Source: an uncultured Nitrososphaerota archaeon (GTDB taxonomy: Archaea; Thermoproteota; Nitrososphaeria; Nitrososphaerales; Gagatemarchaeaceae). From it: 64,000 nucleotides of DNA. Below, one piece after another: positions 19,436 to 28,494 of this stretch. The stretch is taken from NCBI GenBank assembly GCA_963718895.1, contig CAVRAG010000008.1:1312001-1376000 (forward strand), written 5' to 3'. How positions within the stretch are numbered: position 1 is the stretch's first letter; each line of letters opens with the position of its first letter. Under the pieces are notes generated by a model. That model saw nothing but the letters and a program-made list of their open reading frames with translations. It was not told where the DNA came from and made no database searches. A program made the position numbers and the translations under genes.

Positions 19436-19849
19436 ATGGGACTGAACACCCATCCTTCGAACGACCAACAGGAGATAGGCGAGCAGAGCGTCAAGAGCAT
19501 AGCGATAGTCGATGATGAGGAGGAGCTGTGCTCGCTGCTAGCAATGTTGGTCAAGAGCCTAGGATACCACGCGGCGTGTGTTGCCTTTGACGGGGATGAG
19601 ATTGTTCAGCTTGTGCTGGATGATAGCATCCATCCGGATCTGATACTCATGGACTACCGCATGCCTACGATGAACGGCATGCAGGCGGCTGAAAGGATTC
19701 TGCGCGCCAAGCCCGAGATGAAGATAATCATCGCCACAGCCGACGACTCGGTCAGACAAGATGCGACTTCTGCAGGACTCTTCTTCATACAGAAGCCTTT
19801 CTCGACATCGGCGCTCGCCAAGACTATAGAAGAGGCACTAGGCGATTGA
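19436..19849 (+). CDS. Single-domain response regulator (REC)
   Basis: IVDDEE, DLILMDYRMPTMNG, IIIATA, QKPF. Confidence 0.92.
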   Translation: MGLNTHPSNDQQEIGEQSVKSIAIVDDEEELCSLLAMLVKSLGYHAACVAFDGDEIVQLVLDDSIHPDLILMDYRMPTMNGMQAAERILRAKPEMKIIIATADDSVRQDATSAGLFFIQKPFSTSALAKTIEEALGD

Positions 19850-20109
19850 TAGTGAACTGACTTGACATTGGAAAACGGCTCGTTAGGATCCCGTCCTGAT
19901 CTTCCAGCAGGGATGGACAAGGAAGTTTTGCAAGAAGATTAGCCCCCCAGAAGACATGGCTCGGCAGTCGGCCGCGGTTGAACCGATGCTCCTGGCACCA
20001 TTTCGGTTGAACTTGAAGCTTGGCCGCTGCTTGAAAAGCACTGGCAATCTACGCTTCCAGTTGCCGGCAAGCTGCCTCATCTTTATAATTGAACAAGCAT
20101 ATCATTTTG

Positions 20110-20577
20110 GTGAGGAACACGGCCAAGTCACAGTCACCCAAGCCTAATCCCGCACTCAAGCCTCTTGAGGTCCTTGTTGGAGATTGGGACATGGAGTTGT
20201 CAGAAGCTTCATTTCTTCCAGGCCCACGATCCAAAGTGCATGGTCCCGCATCTCTCAAGTGGATTGAGAACGGTGCGTTTCTGGTCATGTATCAAGGGGA
20301 GAAGCAAGCTCCGCAGGCGATATGGCTGATGAGCCGTGACGAATCAACCGCGCCATTCAAAGTCCTCTACTTTGATGCCCGAAGGGTCTCAAGAGTATAT
20401 GAGATGAGCTTCAACAACGGCGTCTGGAAGATGTGGCGGAATGCTCCAGGTTTCTCACAACGCTTCAAGGGTGTTCTCGGGAAGAGCGGCAATACAATAG
20501 TCGCGGAGTGGGAAAAGTCAAATGACGGACGGAAATGGGAACACGACTTCAACGTAAGGTACACCAAAAGAGAATAG
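20110..20577 (+). CDS. Conserved hypothetical beta-barrel protein (DUF1579-like)
   Basis: LKPLEVLVGDW, YFDARRVSRVY, WEKSNDGRKWEHDF; start uncertain. Confidence 0.65.
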   Translation: MRNTAKSQSPKPNPALKPLEVLVGDWDMELSEASFLPGPRSKVHGPASLKWIENGAFLVMYQGEKQAPQAIWLMSRDESTAPFKVLYFDARRVSRVYEMSFNNGVWKMWRNAPGFSQRFKGVLGKSGNTIVAEWEKSNDGRKWEHDFNVRYTKRE

Positions 20578-20658
20578 ACATCAGTTTCACAGAACCATCC
20601 TGGCCAGATTTTAAGTTGGAGTGGAGACTTAAGTAGCCAACTCCGTTCAAATGCACGC

Positions 20659-21360
20659 TTGACAAGATTCGTACTAGTTCCAGGAGCTTGGCTGGGGGCT
20701 TGGGCCTGGAAGGAAGTGACTCCAATTCTCGAGAAGAAGGGCGACCAGGCCTACCCAGTCACATTGACTGGAATGGGCGAAAGGGTTCATCTTGCCACAT
20801 ATGATGTTGGCATGGAGACCGCAATCCAGGATGTCCTTAATGTAATCAAGTACAACAATCTCGACGATTTTGTACTGTTGGGGCACAGTTTCGCCGGTAA
20901 GGTGGCGGCTGCAGTGGCAGACCGCGCCCACGATAAAGTACAGAAGGTCATCTATGTCGATGCATTCCGGCCGGAGATCGTGAAGGACCCCCAGGGTGGA
21001 TTCGACCCGACCCGTGAGTTCGGGCCCCCGCCTCAAGGTGGCAATGGGATTCCCCTCACCGAGAAGATCGTAGACCGCATTGGGAAGGACGTTGTAGGCT
21101 CGAAGCGGAAATGGATGATGTCATTGGCGACACCCTGGCCAATCAAACTTGCGAAAGACCCAATCACTCTGTCAGAGAACTATGACCCGAGGAAGGAAGC
21201 GTATGTCTTTTGCAATCTAAGCGGCGACCCAGTGGACGAAATCATCTCCGGGAAGTGGGGAAAGCTCAATGGTCCATACAAGGTCATAGAGGCGGGCCAT
21301 TGGCCGATGATTACGAAACCTGAGGAGCTGGCAGAGGATCTTGTGTCCTTAGCCAACTGA
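20659..21360 (+). CDS. Alpha/beta hydrolase (esterase)
   Basis: VLVPGAWLGAWAW, GHSFAG nucleophile elbow, GHWPM. Confidence 0.9.
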   Translation: MTRFVLVPGAWLGAWAWKEVTPILEKKGDQAYPVTLTGMGERVHLATYDVGMETAIQDVLNVIKYNNLDDFVLLGHSFAGKVAAAVADRAHDKVQKVIYVDAFRPEIVKDPQGGFDPTREFGPPPQGGNGIPLTEKIVDRIGKDVVGSKRKWMMSLATPWPIKLAKDPITLSENYDPRKEAYVFCNLSGDPVDEIISGKWGKLNGPYKVIEAGHWPMITKPEELAEDLVSLAN

Positions 21361-21421
21361 CGCGCTCCCGAAGCCCACGCGACGAAATTGCCAGAGCGCT
21401 CAGATTCAGGCTAGTTTGTAT

Positions 21422-21437
21422 GGTGCGGGGGGTGAGA
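21422..21437 (-). repeat. att repeat: copy of the tRNA-Leu 3' end
   Basis: GGTGCGGGGGGTGAGA vs GGTGCGGGGGGTGGGA (28125-28140), 15/16 identical. Confidence 0.7.
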
Positions 21438-22287
21438 ATTTATCCCTTCGGGTTCGAATCGGCATCCGGCCTTGACTGTCACAACCTCGAAGCAGCGTGA
21501 GCATCTCTAAACGACCGCAAAAATGCATATTCTGAGGCGGTCGGAATAGTTGCTCGACTCCAATTCATTAAGACAGCCCACTTTTGTCACTAACCGTCGT
21601 GTCCGCATACATTTCAGTAATGTCGCCCTTCGGTAATGAAGTTCAGTTAGCAGGTCCCAGAGTATATTGCGGTGAATGTTTGGTCGCTTTGAGTTGCTGT
21701 GACCGTCCTCTCAGGATTAGTACTTCCTGTATCTTGCCATTTCTCGAAGGTACAAGAGCCATAGTTATGCGAGTCCACAGTGTAGCTATAGCCTGAAGTA
21801 AGGCCAGTGAAGGTCACTGGCGTATATCCTGATTGTACTACGACCCCACCATAGTAAAGAGTGGTGTAGTATCCTGTGATCGGGTCGCCGCTCGTATTTA
21901 CCGAATTTACTGTGATGCCCGAACAATCGTATACTGCAGTATACAGCTGTGGGTCTTCAGTTGCTACAACCGTGAGTGGATTGCTTGCACTTCCACCAAC
22001 CCAGTTTTCGAAAACACAACTTCCGTAATTGTCAGCTTGGAGTGTGTATATGTTCAAACCCGTGACGAAGAATTGCGGTGTGAATCCAGTTGATACTATG
22101 GTCCCACTCTGGCGGAGAACGACATAATATCCCGTAATTGGAGTCCCAGCCACATTCTGGGAGTTCACTAGAATATTCGAGTACGAAAAGAGTTGATACT
22201 GCTTACCTGAAGCTGCGTAAAGAGGTGAGTACCCCATGTTAGAGGCTTCACCTGTAGATACTCCGTTATAGCAAGTGGATGATCCTC

Positions 22288-23323
22288 AGGTGTGTCGAAT
22301 AACTAACTCCTCTGTCAACCTTCTTTCATTCGTTCCCTGATGGGATTGAGAAGATCTCGCTCTCTCGTGCCCGAGAAGAAGAAGCGGAACTGGAAGGAGT
22401 ACAACGAGTCGCTGGTGAGGAGGGGAGAACTCCTCTTCGATACCGATTTTTTATCTGGTTGGAGCAGAGAACTAGAGAGTCTCAACGAGGAGAAGGAAGG
22501 AGCGAGGTATCGCTATCCAGACTCGTTAATGAGTATGCTCGCAGCCATCCACGTGTACCTGCTCCCGTACAGGGAGCTGGAAGGGTTCCTCAGGATGTTC
22601 TCGGGGCACGTAGAAGGGTTGAGAGTCCCAGACTACACCACGATGTGGTGGAGGATATCAAGGGTGAAGGTGGAGCTCGACCCAAGTGTGGATCCAAAGG
22701 AAGACGTGACCATAGCGGTTGACTCGACTGGCATCAAGGTCTCCAACCACGGGGACTGGATGAGGCACGTCTGGAAGGTGAAGCGGCCCTTCATCAAGGT
22801 ACATCTCGCAGTGGACGTCAGGACCGGGAAGATACTGTCGATGGAGGTGACGAAGGAAGAGGTAAGAGACGCAGAGATGCTCGTCCCGCTGGTCGAGCGA
22901 GCGTCCTCGAGCGCGAAGGTGGCGAGGCTGATGGGCGACGGGGGATACGATTCGAGAGCCAACTTCAGGTACCTCCACGATAACGGGATTGAGCCCGTCA
23001 TCAAGGTAAGGAAAAATGCCTCGTCGCACGCACACGGGTGCATGCCGAGGAAGCTCGTCGCGATGGAGCAGCTGAGAGACTACGAGAGATGGAAGACGAG
23101 GCACGGGTACGGCCAGAGAGCGAGGGTCGAGTCGGCGATATCGTCGTTCAAGAGGACGTTCGGGGAGCACGTAACCTCGGTGAGGTGGAGGAGCGTGGTC
23201 AACGAGCTGCTCGTCAAGGCGTCGGTCTACAACCTGTTCGTCGGGAAGAACCTGTAGCAATGGCTAGGAGTCGGCGAAACCACGAGCAAGAAGTGACGCA
23301 CCGTCAAGTTATTCGACACACCT
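22288..23323 (+). mobile_element. IS5-family insertion sequence
   Basis: Perfect 17-bp TIRs AGGTGTGTCGAATAACT (22288-22304, 23307-23323); target duplication ATGATCCTC / ATGATC(A)CTC. Confidence 0.93.
22340..23257 (+). CDS. IS5-family DDE transposase (IS903-like group)
   Basis: NWKEYNESLVRRG, VPDYTT, AVDSTG, GDGGYD, YGQRARVESAISSFK. Confidence 0.95.
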   Translation: MGLRRSRSLVPEKKKRNWKEYNESLVRRGELLFDTDFLSGWSRELESLNEEKEGARYRYPDSLMSMLAAIHVYLLPYRELEGFLRMFSGHVEGLRVPDYTTMWWRISRVKVELDPSVDPKEDVTIAVDSTGIKVSNHGDWMRHVWKVKRPFIKVHLAVDVRTGKILSMEVTKEEVRDAEMLVPLVERASSSAKVARLMGDGGYDSRANFRYLHDNGIEPVIKVRKNASSHAHGCMPRKLVAMEQLRDYERWKTRHGYGQRARVESAISSFKRTFGEHVTSVRWRSVVNELLVKASVYNLFVGKNL

Positions 23324-24070
23324 ATGATCACTCCCAAAGCATATTGAGTGATGGAGTATCCACTAGGATAGGTAAACTCACCGTTACCTCCGATAAAAGT
23401 CACATTGGAATCACCCGACCCGACCAATGCCGCAGCTTTAGTGGCATATTGGAATACCTGGGCTACAATCGCGTTTGTTTGTGACACTAGCTGTTCATAG
23501 TTTCCGCCGGTAAGAATTGGCACATATTTTGCATATACGGAGTCATTATCGGCATAATTGGCGTTGCTGGTATAAATGAAGTACTTGGCTCCTATGGCCT
23601 GATTTTCCGCGTTCAGTACCACTTGTATCCTATTCACGTATCCACCGAGACCGATGTAATAGTCCACGTTCGCTTGAGCATTATCGTAAAAGTGGTTATA
23701 TGGAATCTGAAGGTCTATGCCGGTCTGACTGCCATTATCAGTGGGGTGCATTACGAACTGATACCAGTCATAGTAAGAAGCGGTCGATGCTGTACCAGCG
23801 TTAAGCTGCCATCCCCAACTATCAGCATTCGCATAGCCTGTGTACTGCGCGTAACTTTCAGACAGTATGGTCTGATTTACGAACATTGTTACGGTTGGGT
23901 CAATCGGAGGGCAAGTAGAATTGGCAGCCATGACCAGGGTATCGCCTCCCTTGTACGGGCCTAGGTAAGACGCGCCGGCACTAGACAGTCCACCAAGACC
24001 TGTTAGAATAAGAAGAATCATTGCCAAAGCCGAATAAATTCCGCGGCATGTAATCATTTTCAAGAACCTT

Positions 24071-24934
24071 CTAAGCTGGATTAATCGTCTCACAGATGAT
24101 CGAACTCTCGAATGAGAAAGTTAATCCGGCTTGGGGTAGAGCATCAGGAAGAGCCGTATACGAGCCAGATGCCTCGTAAGTGTTAGGGAGCTGAAACGAA
24201 GACTGTCCGTAAGCCGGGCCAGTTCCCATCGATCGATCTGAAGCCGACCAACCGCTCACCCATAGTGAATGATCCGCGATAAAGGCCACCGAGAAAAGGC
24301 TGTCTTGGGACATGGTCAAATTGTATCCGAGAGCACTGAATCCCGCAATCATCGTATGGTTAGATATCGCGATTATCTGATTGGCGGTTCCATTTGGATC
24401 CTTAGTAAGAGACGTACAATCGTTTGGCTGGCAAAGGTCAGGCAGATTCTCGCTAGTGCTCGTCAATCGGTCATGGTTTGAATCGTAAAGCCCAAGCGTC
24501 AGATTTATGTTGCTGTCATCGGCGAAAACGTAGAAATTAAATTCTCCTGAAATGTAGTTGGAGATGCTCTCCGGATAGACGAAATTGACCCATACTAGCG
24601 TATTTGCCGGAACTAACATACCTGAGGGGCCATTTCCTCCGTTGCCAAACGTAACAACCGCGTGCTCATATTCCGTAGTGGTACTTAGACTGGTCGAAAA
24701 GATGGAAGTTGTAGTAGTAGTTGTAGGGCTTGTTGATGTAATGGAAGTAGACCCAGAGGACGTCGACAGTGTTTGACCCGAAGTCGCCGCGGGACTATTG
24801 GTAGCGACGAAGAATGCGCCTGCTCCCACAGATGCAATGACCAGAATGGAAACAAAAGCGACTGCGGCAGAGATAGCCGCACGACTCGACCTGTACCTGA
24901 TCGAATGCTTCTTGTCGCGCATCTGATGAGCCAA
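24071..24934 (-). CDS. Secreted/surface protein with class III-like signal peptide and Ser/Thr linker
   Basis: RSSRAA|ISAAVAFVSILVIA, STSPTTTTTTS linker, many N-x-S/T sequons. Confidence 0.7.
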   Translation of the reverse strand: MAHQMRDKKHSIRYRSSRAAISAAVAFVSILVIASVGAGAFFVATNSPAATSGQTLSTSSGSTSITSTSPTTTTTTSIFSTSLSTTTEYEHAVVTFGNGGNGPSGMLVPANTLVWVNFVYPESISNYISGEFNFYVFADDSNINLTLGLYDSNHDRLTSTSENLPDLCQPNDCTSLTKDPNGTANQIIAISNHTMIAGFSALGYNLTMSQDSLFSVAFIADHSLWVSGWSASDRSMGTGPAYGQSSFQLPNTYEASGSYTALPDALPQAGLTFSFESSIICETINPA

Positions 24935-25167
24935 TATCCTCCATTATCCTAATTCTTAGCGGTCAGACATGGTCTTAAGCTCTACGCAGTGATGTTATGT
25001 ATCGTAGTTACATGATACGCCTTTCTGGTCAAGGCCGCCAAACATGTAGAGAGAAGTACTGCTTATCCAACGCCCTATAGCATGTTGCAGCTATGGCGAT
25101 TGATACGAGTATGGCATGTTTCGTGGCTAGCATTGGTCAACTTTTGCGTAAAGGGATGATAGAGCGA

Positions 25168-25391
25168 ACCGCTCTCGATAGTAGAGTTCTCACTCTCGCT
25201 CGCTACGGCGGAATTCACCCCCTGCCCCCTCTTCCGCCTCCGCTCGTTCGACCCTCCGCTAGCGCTCCGGGGTTCGCCCTCCTACCGTCGGGCTCCGTGA
25301 GCCCTCTACTATCGAAGCGGTGAGGGCACTTACGTTCCCTCCCCGACCCTACGGGTCGGCTCCCCTCCCTCCTTCAGGGGGCGTGAGGGGG
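25168..25391. other. Highly structured non-coding segment (candidate origin of transfer/replication)
   Basis: ACCGCT(C)TCGATAGTAGAG 25168-25186 pairs with 25304-25321; further hairpins GAGGG..CCCTC and CCGACCC-TAC-GGGTCGG. Confidence 0.5.
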
Positions 25392-26876
25392 CTCGGCTTT
25401 GCTCTCGTTTGCTGCGGCTCCTGCTGCTCCAATGGCTTCCTTTAGCTCCGGCAGGGTTGCTATCTTGACTCTCTCCGCGGCGTAGCGCGAGTATCTCCCC
25501 GCTTCCTCGTAGTTCGGCGCCAGGATCGATCATCCGCTTGGCGCTCTTGGAAAGGCGCTCCTGCAAGTCCGCTTTTGAGTGCTTCAAGCCCGTCTCTATC
25601 TCTAAGTCGAACTCTGGCGTCTCTATGTCTGGAACCGACCCGTCGCCTGTGGAATTCGTCTTCGATACGGTCACACCGCTAGCCGTGAGTATGCTCACCG
25701 CCTCCTTCTGCATGTAGTCGTGGATGGGAGAGAGGTTCGGGTCCCTGACATAGTAGAGAACCTTTCCCTTTCCCATCGAGTCGAGGTATCGTATGCGCCC
25801 TATCCCCGTCTGGTGGAGCGGTTCCTTCCTCAGGATATTCAGTATCTCGTTCTCGTAGTCTGTGGTATCGGCCCTCTTCGGCTGGAGGGGAGCGACATTG
25901 GCGGGCTCGTCGTACTGCACCTGCCGCTCTGGAAGCTCGGCCCTGTCCGCCCTGAAGATGGGGACTATGCCACCGTTCCCCACCCGAAAGGTGAGGTCGA
26001 TGAACTGATGCGGTCGAAGCTCCTTCACTATCCAGACGTAGGCGGAATCAATCTTACGTATCGCCTCCAGATCCATCTCTGACGTAGTGTTGAAAGTGAG
26101 TTGGGTAGCGAACTGGTTCCTTAGCGCGCGTCTGGGATATCCGAATAGTTCTGTGTAGCTGTGTAGAGAGCACCGAACTGCCTCACCTGCCTCATCAACG
26201 TGTCAACGATCGTCCTCGCCTCAGTCTCGTAGAGCTGGGTCAGCCTGTGAACCTCGTCTATCACGATGATGGTCTTCTTCTGCTTCTCTTGGACGCTAAT
26301 GCTACTGGTGAGTGAGCTCCATATCTGCCTGAGCGCAATCTCTGCGTAGAACGTCTTCGCGCTCTCGTCGAGATGAGAGAAGTCGAGGACGGCGTCCGTG
26401 GCGAGGTCTACGCTGAAGGAACCTTCCCCAACGACTAGACCCCCAATCTGAGCCTCTATCAGCGCCAGCGCCTCCTTCTGTATGTCCGTGCCCTTCCTCT
26501 CGGCGTGCTTGAGGTTGTCCCTGAACTCGCTCCAGTTCTTACTTTGGCGAGCGGTGCTCTTGACTAACGCCCGGACCTGCGAGAATGTGATTCCTCTTAC
26601 GTTCGCGGGGAAGGCGAGAGCGTTTGCTATCGCGAACGCATCAGCATCCTGGAACGGGTCGGGTATGTGTCTTGAGACGTCTACCACCTGGCACGGCATC
26701 CGAAGGTAAGCGTCGTTTGGCTTGAACGAGAAGACGGTCTTCGGTTCCTTCGCCGAGAGCAGGAGGACGTTCATCAGCTCGCTCTTGTCCATTCCAGAGC
26801 GGCCGCAGATCATCACGGACGGGTTCCCCTTCCGTCCAATGTATTCGTCAAAGTTCACGTAGCAGATTCTTGCCAT
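25374..26876 (-). pseudogene. HerA/VirB4-like P-loop ATPase fused to a PD-(D/E)xK-like domain; degenerate
   Basis: Walker A GRSGMDKS (G to D), Walker B IIVIDEVH, RQVRQFG, ATQNYSDI; frameshifts at ~26125 (restores DALRNQFATQ) and ~25525; C-terminal HDYM..VPDI..LEIETG. Confidence 0.75.
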
Positions 26877-26878
26877 AA

Positions 26879-28069
26879 TCAAGAGGTTGGAGCGCCAGAT
26901 AGGTACTTCTCGACGACCTTCCTGAGCCTGGCTAGCTCTTCCCTTGTGCTTTCGTCCTCGACCTGCATCCTGCTCCTTGCACCTTCATCGAGGGGAGAGG
27001 CGCACCGTGGACAGTAGACCATGCCTCTGGATGCCTTCTCGTTGCAGCGCGGGCAGATAATCGGTGCAAACTCTGGCTTGGTCGGTTCCACCTTCTCACC
27101 CGAATATAGGGCAGTTAGCTTGTCATCCAGGTCTCTCCCCGAAAGGTGGACGTAGACGGCGGGCATCTTGCTACTCATAGACCATCCATACATCAGCTTG
27201 AGTTCAGAATCCGTGAGGAACTTCGCGTTTCTGGTCGCCGAGCCGTGTCTCAGCATGTGGTTGAAGACCCTCTTCTTCACTCCCGCACGTAGCGCTAGCT
27301 GCTTCAGGCAGCGGTTCCACCTGACCCAGCTTAGCCGTTGGTTCTTGTAGTTTGTGCTCTCCGTGAGCCATAATGGAGAGGAAGGCTCGTTCCTGAACGG
27401 GTGAACCTCCAGGTATCGAGCGAGCAGGCTCACAGAGGTTATCAGCCTCACGACCCTGCTTCCTGTCTTCCCCCTCTCGATGTGAAGCCTCGCCCCTCTA
27501 TCGTCAAAGACGACGCTCCCGATGTTGAGGGTGAGCAACTCGGTAGCTCTCAGCCCTGCCTCGTAGCCGACTGCCAACATAGCCTTGTCCCTCAGACTGG
27601 TCGCCGCCTTGATCATGACCTCGATTTCCTCGCTGGTGAAGAAGAGAGGCTCCTTGCGCTCGTTCGCCTTTATGGCGGTCTTGATCCATCTTACCTCCTC
27701 TGGGTAGGGCGTCTCTCTGTCCACGTTCCCAGTTCTTGCGAACTTGAAGAACCTCTTCACAGCAAAGAGATAGTCCGAAATCGTGTGCGGCGTATAGCCG
27801 GAGTCGCTCTGCAACCATGCGACTAGTCCCTCGATGTCTCCCCTCTTTGCTTGCTGGGTGCTTGTCCCGAGGCGTTCGATTGCGTTCTTCAGGTGATAGG
27901 TGTACTTGGCAAGCCTTCCAGTGGATACGCCCTGAGCCTTCAGATGTTGAACGAACCTGCGAATCACCTCCTTGTCCTCATTGCAGATTCGCGCTGATTC
28001 GTCCAGGCGCTTCTGAGCGTTCGCGAGTCGCGATTCGTAATCATACACCTCCTCGATTACGTCCTTCAT
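26879..28069 (-). CDS. Tyrosine recombinase/integrase with C-terminal zinc ribbon
   Basis: GLRATE (R), GKTG (K), HMLRH, YGW, VYVH (Y); CPRC..CPRC tail; start inferred at MKDVIEEVYDY. Confidence 0.95.
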   Translation of the reverse strand: MKDVIEEVYDYESRLANAQKRLDESARICNEDKEVIRRFVQHLKAQGVSTGRLAKYTYHLKNAIERLGTSTQQAKRGDIEGLVAWLQSDSGYTPHTISDYLFAVKRFFKFARTGNVDRETPYPEEVRWIKTAIKANERKEPLFFTSEEIEVMIKAATSLRDKAMLAVGYEAGLRATELLTLNIGSVVFDDRGARLHIERGKTGSRVVRLITSVSLLARYLEVHPFRNEPSSPLWLTESTNYKNQRLSWVRWNRCLKQLALRAGVKKRVFNHMLRHGSATRNAKFLTDSELKLMYGWSMSSKMPAVYVHLSGRDLDDKLTALYSGEKVEPTKPEFAPIICPRCNEKASRGMVYCPRCASPLDEGARSRMQVEDESTREELARLRKVVEKYLSGAPTS

Positions 28070-28126
28070 GCCATACCGGAGAACGTCTGCTTTTAACGGA
28101 GAGAGATTTGCACTCATGGCGTAAGG

Positions 28127-28211
28127 TGCGGGGGGTGGGATTCGAACCCACGAACCCCTAAGGGATTGGAGCCTCAGTCCAACGCCGTTGGCCATGCTGG
28201 GCGACCCCCGC
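28127..28211 (-). tRNA. tRNA-Leu(GAG), intronless
   Basis: GCGGGGG acceptor, TTGGA-CTGAGGC-TCCAA anticodon arm, long variable arm, GTGGG-TTCGAAT-CCCAC. Confidence 0.95.
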
Positions 28212-28380
28212 ACAAGCGCCGCCTTGCTAGCCGCGCTTCTAAAACTCTTCCGAGTCGCTGTCCTCGTTCATCCGACGTGAGCAGGGGCCCGGGCCGAACG
28301 TGCCCCTGTCAGGACACCCCCGGTCGCAACTTGAAAGCGGTCATATCTTAAATGCGTGTCAAAACGAGCGGAGGGGACGT

Positions 28381-28491
28381 GCCGGCGTAGCTCAGACATC
28401 CTAAGAGATGGAGAAGTCTGGCAGAGCACTCCAATAGGGGCTCAGACGCCTCGTAAGCGTGCGGCCGTGGGTTCAACTCCCACCGCCGGCT
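28381..28491 (+). tRNA. tRNA-Thr(CGT) with two non-canonical introns (28396-28416, 28430-28445)
   Basis: Spliced GCCGGCG-TA-GCTC-AGTCTGGCA-GAGC-A-CACGC-CTCGTAA-GCGTG-CGGCC-GTGGG-TTCAACT-CCCAC-CGCCGGC-T; BHB motifs at both introns. Confidence 0.9.
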
Positions 28492-28494
28492 CAT

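Larger units (their letters stand above)
21647..24057 (-). pseudogene. Secreted thermopsin-like protein with two C-terminal beta-rich repeats, interrupted by IS5
   Basis: Removing the IS and one target copy restores ...QYALGGSSTCYNGVSTGEASNMGYSPLY...; WQLN, WYQF and TGEASN motifs resemble thermopsin (A5); two ~85-aa PITGYY...NYGSC repeats. Confidence 0.7.
21422..28137 (-). mobile_element. Integrative element inserted at the 3' end of tRNA-Leu(GAG)
   Basis: Direct repeat GGTGCGGGGGGTG at 21422-21434 and 28125-28137; integrase next to the tRNA; lower-GC cargo. Confidence 0.75.

Noticed and set aside
28070-28213. Integrase ORF reading through tRNA-Leu, plus an in-frame MPIRTRRDKFSPPAP at the distal att, suggesting an SSV1-type split integrase
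   Set aside because: All catalytic residues and a natural-looking N-terminus (MKDVIEEVYDYE) lie downstream of the tRNA. Short open frames are expected by chance, so this is not supported without homolog alignment.
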